Shown here: positions 15,191 through 28,980 of the stretch, in pieces
Layout: each line of letters begins with the position of its first letter
Numbering within the stretch: the stretch's first letter is position 1
DNA from: Balanoglossus misakiensis
Lineage: Eukaryota; Animalia; Hemichordata
DNA: 64,000 bases
Reading direction: 5' to 3'
Assembly (NCBI GenBank): GCA_040954595.2
Contig: CM082590.2
Coordinates: 10,504,088 to 10,568,087, forward strand
Made by a program: the position numbers and the translations under genes
The notes under the pieces: model-generated
Told to the model about the DNA's origin: nothing
Seen by the model: the letters and a program-made list of their open reading frames with translations, nothing else
Database searches by the model: none

Positions 15191-16303
15191 ATGACCTGGT
15201 TGGGGAATAATACCACACATTCGCCCAGCGAAGACACTCTGCGCGAAAACATGACATGTGTCCAAATCACTGGGGATAACGTGGGTGACTTTACGTACTC
15301 GCGTGTTGATATTGCCATGGTTACTGTGTTCATGCCGATCGTGTTTGTGGTGGGCGTCATTGGCAACTCGATGGTCGTCTATGTGTTCTTTCGGGTGGCT
15401 CACATGCGTACTGTAACGAACTACTACCTTGCCAGTTTGGCTATGGCCGATCTTTTTTTCTTGTGTTCTGCAGTTCCAGTTTTCTGGGTGCAGTACTCGT
15501 TCACAAGTTTACAGACTGACTTCACCGCGCTCGGAGTTGGAGTCTGCAAAGTTGTCTTGGCAACATCGCCAGATGTTTGTTTCATTGTGTCAACAATGAC
15601 AGTCGTTGTCCTGACCATTGAACGCTACGTCGCCATCTGTTGGCCAATGAAGTTCAAGACGATTAGCACGAAACCGAAGGCAGTGACGACTATAGTTCTG
15701 ACATGGGTCTTGGCAGCGTTGTATAAATGCCCGCAAATCTATTTTGCTGGGATGACGGAGAATTGCTTTGATTGGTCGAAGTACTCCAACAGCTCCGAGT
15801 ATCCAACCAGAGTCATGACTTGTGAATTTTGCTCGGTTCGTACGCACGGAGTCGATACCTGTACAAAATGGCGACGCTCCCTGACGTTGGACAACTTGCT
15901 GATTCTAATGGTTATACCAGTGATCCTGATTCTCTACTTTTTTATCGCCCTGCAACTTTACAAACTGGCAAGGTCAACGACCGGCAGCGCGGCCAGCTCG
16001 ACTCGGATGAAACAGCAAGTTATACGTATGCTCATGGTCACCATAGCAACGTACATCATATGTGTGACTCCACTCAGGGTGTTGAATTTGCTGAACATTT
16101 GGAATTACAGAATTCCAGCCAACATGACGTGGGAACTCGTCAACATGGCCAGGATCCTTCAGTACATCAACGCGGCAGTCAACCCTATAATCTATAACAT
16201 CATGTCGGAAAAATATCGCCAGTCATTCAAAGAGGCCTTTGGATTCATCTGTGAGTCTACTCCCAAGGAGTCTGCACCTGTAACACAAAACACCAAGATA
16301 TAG
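15191..16303 (+). CDS. Class A (rhodopsin-family) GPCR, neuropeptide-receptor-like (TRHR/GHSR/NMUR-type); coding region in one exon
   Basis: 370-aa ORF with seven hydrophobic segments and family motifs: GN (TM1), NYYLASLAMADL (TM2), TIERYVAICWP (TM3), TM4 Trp, NAAVNPIIY (TM7), N-terminal N-glycosylation sequons. A polypyrimidine/AG acceptor (ttttcgtttcctag, ending ~15177) just upstream implies a 5'UTR intron. Subfamily assignment is tentative. Confidence 0.95.
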   Translation: MTWLGNNTTHSPSEDTLRENMTCVQITGDNVGDFTYSRVDIAMVTVFMPIVFVVGVIGNSMVVYVFFRVAHMRTVTNYYLASLAMADLFFLCSAVPVFWVQYSFTSLQTDFTALGVGVCKVVLATSPDVCFIVSTMTVVVLTIERYVAICWPMKFKTISTKPKAVTTIVLTWVLAALYKCPQIYFAGMTENCFDWSKYSNSSEYPTRVMTCEFCSVRTHGVDTCTKWRRSLTLDNLLILMVIPVILILYFFIALQLYKLARSTTGSAASSTRMKQQVIRMLMVTIATYIICVTPLRVLNLLNIWNYRIPANMTWELVNMARILQYINAAVNPIIYNIMSEKYRQSFKEAFGFICESTPKESAPVTQNTKI

Positions 16304-16455
16304 GCGCCATTTTGAATGTCAAAAACAATCTGGCCACCATTTTGAATGCCAAAAACAATCTGGTCACCATTTTGAATGTCAAAAACAATCCTACTGCCAT
16401 TTTGAATGTCAAAAACGATCTGGCAGCCATTTTGAATGCCAAAATTAATCGCAAC
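16304..16455. repeat. 30-bp minisatellite (~5 copies) starting at the GPCR stop codon
   Basis: Unit ~ccattttgaatgtcaaaaacaatctggcca repeated in tandem. Confidence 0.9.
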
Positions 16456-19400
16456 AACCTTGACTGACAAAACAGCAAAATTCAATCACCATTTTATATT
16501 TAATCAAACAAACATCTAGCTACATTGACTGATACACAAAGGTAAAGACCACATAGACCGTGAAAAAGATATGACAATGTTAGTGACGCAAATATAAACA
16601 TAGATCGTAGCCTTTCCCCGCTTCATCCATTAATATTATCCTGACAGGCCTAGTTGCAAAACTTGTGGTGAAACATTTAACTTAAATATATTACTGAAAT
16701 GTTGTTATTTGGTTCAATATTTCTCTCATAGTCTGAAACCGTAAATTGTAATTTCCAATTCACAATTGGTTTTTAGAGTACAATTATTCATCACACTAAA
16801 GTAATATACCGATTTGATATCACTCTTAATTTATGTCAGCTAATTGACAATTGACAAATATGTGACTTAACATCTTGCTGTCATGATTACGTGTTTGCAT
16901 AATCTTACAATGAATATTGTTTATTTTACACAGTTCACAAAAGAAAATAACGCCACGATGCGGAAAAAAAAGTTTGCTCAAAGTACTTCATAAACCAAAA
17001 ATATTATAATAGGAAAACAGTACTTAGGTTTTCAATCATCATGTATTCCGTTCCTTTGAAGAATTAATGTTGTAAATCATGATTCAACTAAACGTATATT
17101 TAATATTCTGAATGTTGAGGGTTGAATAAAACATACAAGCACATTAGTTTATTGAGGGCTTATGAAACTAGTCTATTGGCCTGCAAGATGGAATATACTT
17201 TATCATCATCTCAATAAACTCTAGAATATGAATGGTTCTCTTTACACACACAGTTTCAAAGCCATTTCCATTTTAATTGTAGTCGTACTTAGAAATATCA
17301 TGTTTATTTTTAACTTAAAACTACTGATCTGAAATCATAATTATTTAATTAATAAAATACACCAAAAATAATTCAATGTTTAAGACATATAAAATTAGAA
17401 TTAGTCCAGCAACAAATGTTTATATCAATATTTAATTTGTCATTTCAGTGCAATATTTGGCATAGAGGTTCCCTTTAATAATTTGATATAATGTAATTTG
17501 AGCCCATAAATTCACACTGTTTGAGGACATAGAATTTAATGCTGCCTTTAAGAAAGAAGAGAGTTTATGGAAATATTACTACAACTTATCGCTTAATTGT
17601 TAATATAGCTTAAATTATATTATACTTTTGCCATTACTTAATATTTATTCTTCCACTCTGTTCATATTTTCATGAACTATTCAATATTTGATATAATATC
17701 AACACTTATTAGGCGACTTTCTGACAATATCAAAAACATAATAATCACATTTTTTGTTTGTCTTTATATTTTGTCTATATTTCATCAATAGCATGTGTGC
17801 ATGTGCATATGTGTCAAACTTATATCACCTAAATCCTTACTTAAAGATGTATAAACATGCGTATAGCTGGCAGTATGATTGCGTGTGTGGTCACGTTAAA
17901 GTTGTCTGTGTGATCCATCTAACTCAGCATGTTTTAGAACTCACAAATAAACAGACAAGCACCTAGCACCATCTCATCCAGGAACTTATGCCACATACAT
18001 TTAAATGTCACTCGACTGTAAGTATAAAAAAGTACAAAGAAAACACCACACTTGATTGTAACTCTATCCTGACACTAATCATGTGATTACTAGTTAGTCC
18101 ACGCACGCGCAGTGCAAGACAACTAAACATTTCTACAACACTCTTTTCTCTTTTCCGTTCTTTCTCTACGTTCAAGGCATCTGTTGTTCGTACGTCGAGA
18201 AGAAAAGTTTGAAAGCACATGAGCACAACCACAACAGAGATGGCGTACTGTTACATGTCGACAAGACTCATCAAACACAAATTTAATGTTTAAGATTTGA
18301 GAAACCGGCCATGGACCTTTACCACGGGTGCTTAGGCAAACAGACCCTGAACAATATATTGAACAAAACATTAATTTTGTTGTGCGGAACATTTTGATGT
18401 CTCACGTAGTGTACTAGTAGTGAGCAGATTTGACAAATGCATAAAAGATTATACAATCAACTTGACCACTGCCCTGCCTACTGATTGCAAGAGTATCTGT
18501 GAAACAGGCTGCTATTACCCCTTGAAAGAATATCGCTGCTAAACCCCTGCTAGTTGTGTGTGGTGGAGATGCTAATCGTTGGGATAGCTGTTCTTACAAC
18601 GCAGTGACCGTTGGAAATGTTGCCTGTGAAAGACACTGCTGTGCTCACCGAAAAAAACCTGCCGCTTGCTGTGCCATGCCCACTCCTACTAACCATTGTC
18701 TGTGACTTTGCCACGTATATGTCGTCTCCGTGCTGTGGTGGATTTGACATTGACCCTGCACTCTCCAGTTACCTTTTAGACTGTAGATTTTCTTGAAGTC
18801 AAAGCAGCCCACTTCATCACCTTGAAGAAAGGTTTAAGACAACTGTTAAGGGCAATACAGTTACAGACCATGCTTGTTCGAAGTTAAAATAAACATTAAT
18901 AATTTATATCATGTATGTTTATGAGAACTTACCTCTCATATTCCACTAACTCACTATGAGATACACACTGATGTATTTGGTGGTTTGGGTGCTTAAGTTT
19001 TAGAGAATATACTGACATTGTTATTACACAAATTACTAAACACAAAAATGAAATGGAAATTATATACATCCACATCCTTGCATATATTTATATCCATAAC
19101 CGTATGATTTTTACCGGGTCACAAGATGTATATGCCAAAATGTTCTTTACAATGTGCTAGGATTTCTTGATACAGTACTTTTTGTCTTAATGGTCTTCAC
19201 ATTGTATTTTAATCACTTCGATATTCTTCACTAATGTGATTGGTTCCCAGTCAAGATTTTGTGCTATACTCTTTAAGTAATCATTGTTGGTACTAGGCTT
19301 TCTTTTTCAAATCATTTTCACACGTGAGGTAATACAACTATGTACTTTATTAAGATGAATTTGCAATCACAACACAATAATAGTTTACTCGTACTACAGG

Positions 19401-21127
19401 TATATTTTTGGTCTTCACCCATATTCCTATAATTATCGAAGCAGCCTCCTAATAAACAAGAGAACTGAAGAAATAACTTTTATAGCGTAGAAATTTGGAA
19501 TCTGGTCATCACTTAGTATTTTACGAAACCGTAACCATGTGTAATCATGTAAATATATAACACTGATCAAATCTAGATGTATGAATTAAATGTTAATGTA
19601 TGCCGCTCAAATAACTTCTTGTGTAATAGAGTATGTATATATAATAACACATGCCATATATATACTGCATATATATACGTGTATCGGTATATATATTGGG
19701 GTTGTGAGGTTCGCTTCTTGGTACAACTGGCTTGCTATAACTTTCATGTTTCTGTCAATTCAATCAGGTGTGTAATTACTTGGCCTGCATTATGATCTGG
19801 TGTTTAAAGTCCGGCCTGGTTCTCGACTAATGCTGCCAAATGGACCAGTTTCCAGTTTATATGGGAGGACATTGTCATGTGGCATAGGACAAACAACACA
19901 AGGCCAATCGTGTTAGATGGCACAAAAGTTTCAGTCATCGTTATACTTAGCACAGTTTCATGCAGATTTGACTTGGATAGCTAGCTAGCTACCAGTTGCT
20001 GTGGTAATTAACCAAGTCTCTTGGTGGATTGCCCGCATAATATAGACATTATGCCCAGGGGATGGGGAAAAGGATCAGTGTGGAACAACGGGAATTCTCT
20101 CAGAATAAACTGCTATGAGAATGATATGTACTGATAAAAGCTTTATAACAGAAAATCTATGGGTGTTGTAAGCTATCAATCAGTGCGAGAGGAAAAGCAA
20201 GTTCCCAGGCATTTTGTCTGCTCTTCATCACCTATTTTCCTTGCACCATCAGAAATATTACATTGGTTTGGGTTCCTGTTGCTGTGATGTTGCATCGTTC
20301 CATCTGGACTTGTTGGTGGTTACTGGATTTCGATTCTCAATTTGCCCCACCTGACAATTAAACCAGCCTTTTGTTTAGTGTGGTACTCTGCTATAAATGT
20401 TGCCGCAATCCAAAGTGATTTTACCGCGATCCATATTTGATGAATGAAGACGGATATCAAGTAGCAGATATGTTACTCCGTAGAATTCATGAATCACTTA
20501 CTAAGGTTCCCAAACTCTATAGCACAAACAACTGCAAACGTTTGATGTTGTTCATCCATTATGTTTGCTTATAATCACTGTCGAAGAATTTCAAGTCCCC
20601 TCCAGAGTTGTGACAATTGGTATCTTTGAAGGCCTGATAAAGCAACTCTTCCGAAAGGAAATTTTGCTTCATGATATTGTGTTAATATAGTCAGTTTACT
20701 ATGCACAACACACCTTAAATTAAGGTACACATATTTGACATGCATTCACATTCCAAGCAAAATGGGAATGTGACAGATTTGGTCTTTGGCTGCAACTGTA
20801 TGAGTTATCATAAAGGTTTGCTTAGAGCAGATACTTCAACAAAGCCTACATGTAGTAGTAATAAGGACTTACTTAAAATTTCTGTAATTGTTTACATGTA
20901 GATGAAGTTACTAAAATGACGTTAATGTGTCTATATGGTTATTAAACTATTAAATCAACTTTACCAATCGATCTCGTGTGAATTGTGAATAATTTGCTGC
21001 TGTGAATATTCGCTTGCATACGTTGGTTGGTAACAACATTGTGGGCAAAGAAATCATACAGTTGGTTGACTTTGAATTGGCTTTGGAATGGAAGACTGAG
21101 GGTCGGAGACATGGTGAACGTTTATTC

Positions 21128-21164
<37 letters not shown>

Positions 21165-21280
21165 GGGAATAGAAGACTGAGGATGAGAGACATGGTTACT
21201 CTGTTATTCTGTTGTTGCTGTTATTGTTGCTGTTGTTGTTGTTCTTATTGTTCTATTGTTGTTGTTGTTGTTGTTGTTTA
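21128..21280. repeat. (GTT)n microsatellite, two tracts
   Basis: Direct reading; each tract follows a similar 'gaagactgagg...gagacatggt...ttattctgttgtt' segment. Confidence 0.9.
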
Positions 21281-23185
21281 CAAATTTGGTGGAAGTGAAA
21301 TATCATTGATAATAAAACATAGATATATCCAAGCGAAATCATTGTAAAAACTGGCATTTGCAATCCATCAAGCTCCTCTGGTCGTCAACAGTATTGGCAT
21401 ACCAACAAACGTGGAAAGCTAGTAGATTTTTTTGCAACAACAAAAGCATGGCAGAGGGCTGGTTAATGTGAATTTTCATTAGTTATTTAGAAGATTGACT
21501 TCCTTTAAAAGTAGCGTGTAACTGTAGGGAATTTGTAGCTGATGTCTTTTGTTTGTTCACAGTGGATATGCATGTTGACGCATTTTGCTTATTGTAAAGA
21601 GAGAATTCTGATTTGCTGTGCTTGTTATTGTACTTTTACATGGAATAATCAGTTGGGGAAAAAAGTTGTAGATTAACAGGAAAATCGACTTGCTGTGCCA
21701 AGCATGAATCTGTCCAATTCCATTAATGCACGGAAGGTACATACAATAATCATTTCTCGTTCGATTTGTACAAGACATGTATGCCTCAATGAATGGAGTG
21801 AGCGCACACAGCTGTGTCCAACGCAAATTAGCCGGCATGGGAACGGGATTCGTTCATTAAAACGTACGACGTGAATGTGTATTGTCTAATGTACGGCTTG
21901 TTCATGTTATCGGGGACTTTGCAGAAATCAAACGAATGCTGCTTGTAGATGACAAGTGGCCTTGTGTTATTGTCAACCTCGCGAGCGCTTAATGATGACA
22001 AGACAGACACAAACGTGAACTACGAATAGGCATCAGCAATTACAGATCGAGACAAGCAAATATATTACAAACAGCGCAAATACCAGTAGATATGATACTG
22101 CAGAAACGCTAAACTGTCTCTTGATGTTGTAAAATAATATCAGTTTCAAAGTACTGCTTATTCTCCATAATTCCATATTCAGTTGGTATAAGTACCATTT
22201 GAAGAGGTGTCCCGTAAATCGATCATAAGCTCAGGGATTTTGCCACATATTTTATACAGCGTTTATGGAATATTGTACTCTGAAAGAAGAGTAATTCATA
22301 ATGATACGAAAGCATGTGGCCTGTACTCTTTTGTTTAAATAATCCCAACTAACATATCCTTACTCTGCTGGTGTAGATACATAAAGACTGAATTGTTGAC
22401 CGCTCAGCAGCTGTTCCTCTGAGGAGCAAAAGTGCTAAGCAGGCGATCGTAAAATAAATCTCTCGTTGTGTACATCTATACTCCATTTTTTCTCCATGAT
22501 TGATTGACTTTCCCCGCGTGTATATAAAACCAAGTTGCTGTATTGTGCTGTGGGCATAAACACGGGCGAAATCAATGTGCACAAAGCGACGGTCTGAGGC
22601 GATTTCTGGCAGAACGTGTGAAAACGGCCATAAAGTAGAATCTATGCAGATAACCCTGTCTGCATTTTATCACTCAGCTTCTCTGACAAACGAATGCTTT
22701 TGTTCGGCGTGATAAGTTTTCTCACCCACTTCCGCAAAGATTTTACGTGTTGTATGTCAGAACAGATCATGCATTCGATTCCTGGTGTAATGTATGAAAT
22801 CAATGTGTTACAATAAGAACCATCAAAACGTTGCAATGCTCACTCAGACAGATATACACGGTGGTAAATCGTATTCATAACCTTCAATTTTGACAGACAT
22901 TGCGACGCCATGCAATGTCATTGATCATTGATTTTTATGGAGGACGTGGTAACACATTCTATTTCTGACATGACGGTTTCATGATAGAGTATCGTCATTT
23001 TCTTTTCTGGGTTTTCTTTGACACATGCCGATGTTTCGTTTCCATGAGTGATATTGAGCCGATTCTTTGGAGGTTTAGTTGGAGATTGGAAAGTGAATGC
23101 TGGCTTGTCAAAAACATATACAGCAAACTCAATACTCTGAAAAATAGTTGTCGCATTCAGTTCACACATGTTAATAAGATAAACA

Positions 23186-23207
23186 ACTCTCTCTGTCTCT
23201 CTCTCTC

Positions 23208-23239
<32 letters not shown>

Positions 23240-23281
23240 CCTCCCCCCTCTCTCTCTATCTCTCTCTCTCTCTCTCTCTAA

Positions 23282-23363
<82 letters not shown>

Positions 23364-23406
23364 TTCACTCTCTCGATATATATATCTGTCTCTCTCGCTC
23401 TCTCTC
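23186..23406. repeat. (CT)n microsatellite
   Basis: Direct reading. Confidence 0.95.
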
Positions 23407-23871
23407 AGCCCTCACACAAAAGCATACATGTATTCATCCTTTCATATTTCCATCCATCCAAACACAACCATACACGCGGATGGGCAAACACATATACACT
23501 AACGTCAACCAGCAGTGAAACACATCTGTTTAATTTATGTAGTAATGATTCATACACAAACAATTGGGAGGGACAGAGTTGAATACAGAAAGAGACAGTC
23601 AGACTGGAAAAGTGATTAGATACAAAGAAGAGAAACGGATATTCAAGATGATCTGTCTTTTGTAACATTGGATATTAAATAACTGTGTATTGAATGCTTT
23701 TGGATAAATTGCTAGTGAAGCGTCAGCACTGAATGAGAAGATGACACATGAAATATGTTCTATGAGTTACACTATTGTAATATCTGGACTGTAATATCAT
23801 GAGGAACGTAAGCGTACAAACAATACTGGTCTAATCTATTATGATTGCAGGAGCTAACCAGTAAAAATGTT

Positions 23872-24070
23872 AATGAATGAATGAATGAATAAATGAATGA
23901 ACGAACAAACGAATAGATGGATGGATGGATAGATGGACGGTTGGATGGATGGATGTGTGGGTGGGTGGTTGGGTGGATAGGTGGATGGATGAATGAATGA
24001 ACGAACAAACAAATAGATGGATGGATGGATGGATGGTTGGGTGGATAGTTGGATGAATGAATGAATGGAT
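23872..24070. repeat. (GAAT)n/(GGAT)n compound microsatellite
   Basis: Direct reading. Confidence 0.9.
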
Positions 24071-26914
24071 AAAATCCATCAAAACATAAGTAAATCAGGG
24101 AAAACATTGAAACTCTGTTGTTGTTTCCCGAAAAGGAACTTAAAAACACATTTAAACCACATTCCGCTCTGCTGACCGATTTTTACGACCAATCTGTCTG
24201 CAGTGGGTGGAAGAAATAATTTCCGAAAAACGTGAGTTTTCCAACTGCGAGTGAGCTATGTTTGTGACAACGTTTGCGAATCACTTTGACCTTTTATAGA
24301 CATTCAATGAATTGAAGTAAACACACATTAATCTTCCAAAACTGATTTTGTTTCAATTGTCAGTCAGGCGCTGGAATAAATAAATGTTTTGGTCACCATA
24401 GGAACTCACCATGTTGATTATCAGTAACTTTTTACAAGTTTTTGTTAGTGGACAGAAAACACTCAATATTGCTCCTGTGTACGTGTGCCGAATATTTAAA
24501 TGAAGTGTTAAACAACATTGATACCACAATGGTATATGACGTAGTTTGATTTGCGAATTCGCAAAATTTCTACTTGCTGGGGGAGTTGAACTGGAATTGA
24601 AGTTAATGGAGCAGACAGAGCACAAATGTTGGAAATGATTCTCCAATCACTCCAAGATCTCCTGCAGTCTAAACAGACGAATGAAGCAGCGAAATATATG
24701 CAATATTTTAGTGTAAACTGTTATAGAATGTGCAAGGGTCTTACACAGGAAATATGAGATGCAATCGTGTAACTGCAAACCAACACATCCAGGAATCGCT
24801 GTACTTTGATTACAAAGACATAATCACTTTAATCCAAGATCATAGTGATCAGAAAGAAGAAAGGAAATAATCGATCGATGGCTTTTTATGCACCACTCAG
24901 CGCAAATACTTTGACGATTAAATTGCATTTCCCAGTGAAGTGGAGATTTCAATTACTGTTTAATGTGGACAGGAATCAGCCTTGAGATTTTGACAAATAC
25001 CGGAGGCGCTGTTTCGTCTTTTTGTTATCTCTTCAGACATAACAGCTGCGTCTCGCAGCATCGACCAATCACAGATGGTGATAACGCTGTCGCGTGTTGC
25101 ATAATTTTTCCTGCGGTTACGAAAATTAATTTAACAAGTGGTGCAGACGTTTGCCCTGGTACATGTTGTTTCTCTAAGTAAAAAAAAATATGAAGACAAG
25201 AGTGGATTAGCTTTTTCTTCTGCAAGACACATCCACAAAGCCAATAGCTAACTATTTAATAAGTATCTGTTCCTGGAAATCATCATGCCTGTCTGACTGT
25301 CGGTCTGTGTGTCTGTCTACTGTATATTTCAGAGAAAGAACATAATCTATAACTTTGGCCATGCATTATCCACATGTATTCCATTTTACCCTCAGTCCAG
25401 AATCTGTGCATACTATGGAAAAGTTTGAAATGATAAGTTAACGCCATACCGATTAGCGAAGTGGGCATATCTATCAAACAATCGCTATGAGCGAAATCAC
25501 GTCATGGAAACGAAGTGCAGATCAAGATCAAAACCCTGCAGGGAAACAGATGTTGTTATGTTTATCTCACCCGCACTTTGCATGTTTCACAGAATTCAAG
25601 CCTAAATAGAACAATTATTCGCTGCACTTTCAGACAACACGGCGCCATATTCTACCACAGACCGTCACGATTGTCAAGTAAAATTATTACGGGTGATAAA
25701 AAATAACATGCTATGAATTGAACACCTTTTATATGTAATTATCAATACCATTAATTTGCTGATATACACTGTATCATTATAATGGACAACAGCTAAAATA
25801 CTGTCATTGGAATTCTCCGACCTGTAGTTTTTATAGTTTGTTTGAGTCTAATTTGATATAGCAAGAAATATGAAATTGGATACGGTAACAGTATAAGCAG
25901 TGGCCTTGTAAGGCTCTGGGTGCTTTTGTATTAAACCATGGAAGGAGGTGATGGCCTTCAGCGAAAAATCCATTAGGAGTTGGTAACAGACAGGTGGTTC
26001 CTTGTGAATATTTTAACGAGGTGAATAAGCTTACTCTTCGATGATGTGCGTGGCGCTTGCTTTCGGTCACCCAATTACCGGGATGTTACTATAGGGGTCT
26101 GAGATACTTCCGTGGTTTGCCACTTCTCGGTGGAATTAGTTCAGAGATCGGATTGATTGTAACAGTGAGCAGTGAGACTACTATAACCAACATGAAGAGT
26201 TTCGAAACAACGTATTGACTCCATGCTGACTCAACAGACTTGGGAAAATCACAGTTTTCATAGAGGAAAGTTTCATCCAGGCAAAAATCTAAACTAAATA
26301 CTTTCACTTCTATTATTCAGAAGCATTTAATTTCTAATATTTTATAGACGGCTGTATGGCAGCAAGTTTCAAAAATTTTAGCTCATTTTTCATTTGGACA
26401 TTTGAAATAGTGTGTTTCCATTCTGCACCAGTCTGAAGGAAAGAGTTAAGAGGTGTATGTGTCTATTTTTGGCCGATTCAAAAGGGATCGTTCAGGAATA
26501 TATGTAAAAGTAACCATCCATCGGCAATTGGCAATTGCACCCTTTTGAAGATATTAATAACTTTGATTCTTCTCTTTACAAAATGCAAGATTATATATCG
26601 ATCGCGAGATATTACTGATGCTTCTAAAGAGATCAGCTTCTGACATGACTCTTCCTCAATGAGGCTTTTACGTAATATGCCAGGTTTTGTGTTACACATT
26701 CCATGAATTTAACTCCAGAAAATGTTGCTATTCATAGATTTAAAATCTCTCAGAGGAGAAGACAGATGGATTTTCATGCTCAGACGTAAATGGAAATATA
26801 GATTTACTTTAAGATGACATTTAGTGTGTATTGCTTTCAGATATTCCAACTTTACATTTATCTACGTCTATGTCGATTATCAAAAGCTGCTTTTCTTCTT
26901 AATGCATTGACTTT

Positions 26915-27132
26915 ATGAGATGGGTGATGATGATGATGAGGATGATAGTGATGAAGAAGAAGATGATGATGATTATTATTTTTTATTGGACACGCACGCA
27001 TGTATGCACACACACATATGTATGTACATACATACAGACAGACAGACAGACAGACATAGCAACTGCAGACAGACAGACAGACAGACATAGCAACTGCAGA
27101 CAGACAGACAGACAGACAGACATAGCAACTGA
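26915..27132. repeat. (GAT)n plus (CAGA)n compound simple repeat
   Basis: Direct reading; 'gacatagcaactg' spacer repeated 3 times. Confidence 0.85.
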
Positions 27133-28888
27133 ATCATAGAAAATCATAGAAAGAGACATCGAGTTTAAAATATTCGTGAACACAGTTCCATTCAGACGCA
27201 ACACAGCGTCACCGATGTTCAATGAAGTCACTAATTTCACATCACATTGGCCACTAAAGTTTGGAAATTTTTCATGATGTTTTATTTCTTTTTTGAGAAC
27301 CGAATACCATCTGCTGAAAAGGCGCCGCACTGTGGATAATCTACAATCGCGGTACGGTCTCTATGCCGCCATGAACCATCATTATAGAATAATCCCAGGC
27401 CATCTACTTTGAGTTTACAACTAAGAAATAAAGCTCATTGATTTTTGGTAATAAAATCTGGATTATACAGACCAAGCATTCCATGTTACGTGATTCCCGA
27501 CACTGTAAATATCGACTTCAAATCAAGGTTTTGGATTACGACCGCTTTCCGTCCAATTGTTAAGGAACTAACTAAGTGTATACGTCTACTGTTTCCTCGT
27601 AAAAACCAAGCCGCAACCCTGATTCTTTTTCCCAGGATGAGGCAAAGCATGCAGTTTTTATATAACTGATTGGCAAGTAGTTTGATGTGGAGTGTTAAAG
27701 GAAAGGGTTCGTCACACAGGAATTGGCTTGTATATTTTCATGTTATGAATAACACTCTGTCATCCATAGCAAGACTGCGTGAGAAAATCACAAATTTCAG
27801 GAATGGATTGGCTTTACACGTGCCGTCATCGTCTACCAAGTACAAATGCTAAATGCCTGTAGGATTGCAAGGTATCAAATTTTCCTAATCAAGATATGTT
27901 GATACAATTTTCATATAAATTGTGAGACAACGTTCCGTTTCCCCCTGCATACAGAACGTGACGTATAATGATTGAGCGCATGCAGCTAGCTGTTTAATGA
28001 ATACGATCTGGTGAGCACCAACTGGCATATTGTGTACGTAGATTCTGAGCAAATGGATAGCGTGTGCCGTGAAGAAAAATGTTACACTCGTGTAGAATTA
28101 GTTTTCGTTAATTAAGGAGATAACAAACGGGATAAGCGTGTTCTCATCCTGTTTTGTGTGGGTGATGAATACCGGGGTTATTTTTAATGCCATTACCGAG
28201 TTTTCTGATAGCGCCAAGAGCATGGGATTTTGTTATTTCGTATCTTGTCCATCTCTCATCCAGGAGATGAAGTTGTTTAGCTGATGGGTGTTTCGGTGTC
28301 TCCTTTGAGACGAGCTAGTTGTGACGTATGTACGCTCTTGCGTATGTGAACTTTAACAACCATCGGGTTGCGTTGTCCGAGTTCTTCAAACACTGGCTTT
28401 CGAGAAACCAGTTCTGAAAGGGCACGAGATATAAAATTAAACGACCAAGCAGTGACCATGAAGGATTGTGATTCATGCAGGAATAATCCTGCAATACGCG
28501 TCAAGTAGAGTTTGACGTTAACATGTCCTGGGGATATGGATGTACACAATTTGATTTCAAATAGCAAGCTAAATGGCACGTCAATGGTGCCCTGAAGACT
28601 GAATGCTATGGCAACCACCGTATCTATGGCAACCACTGTATCTATGTGGGAGATATATAAACAAATGGAGAAATGAACAGAAGAAAATGGGTTCATTGCT
28701 AATGCGCTATTCTATGTAAACATTTACTTGTATTAAAATGACACATCATACATGTATGCAATGTGAAATAATTTAAAATTGCTACAGGTATTATTTCACA
28801 CAAGATACACTTGTAATGAAATCGTCAAATATTGATTGTCTTCTGCTTAATCAGTTTACGCAGTCTCAGTTGTATATGGATAGTTGCC

Positions 28889-28980
28889 GTAACCCTGTCA
28901 CCCCCAGTTCCCTCTATAGAGATCGAACTTCACATAGAAAACAATGGATTTGGACTGAACCATGGTGGTGAAAGGGTTAA
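28889..28980 (+). mobile_element. ~90-bp piggyBac-like MITE, copy 1
   Basis: taaccctgtcacc...ggtgaaagggttaa termini (CCCTTTCACC-type TIRs, TTAA-like flanks); internal 'agaaaacaatgg...ccatggtggtg' shared with four other copies. Confidence 0.75.

Noticed and set aside
15161-16485. Antisense and alternate-frame ORFs over the GPCR and its minisatellite
   Set aside because: Shadow frames of a real CDS and of a 30-bp stop-free repeat.
22981-24149. ORFs of 173, 125, 70 and 65 aa
   Set aside because: Translations of (CT)n and (GGAT)n microsatellites.
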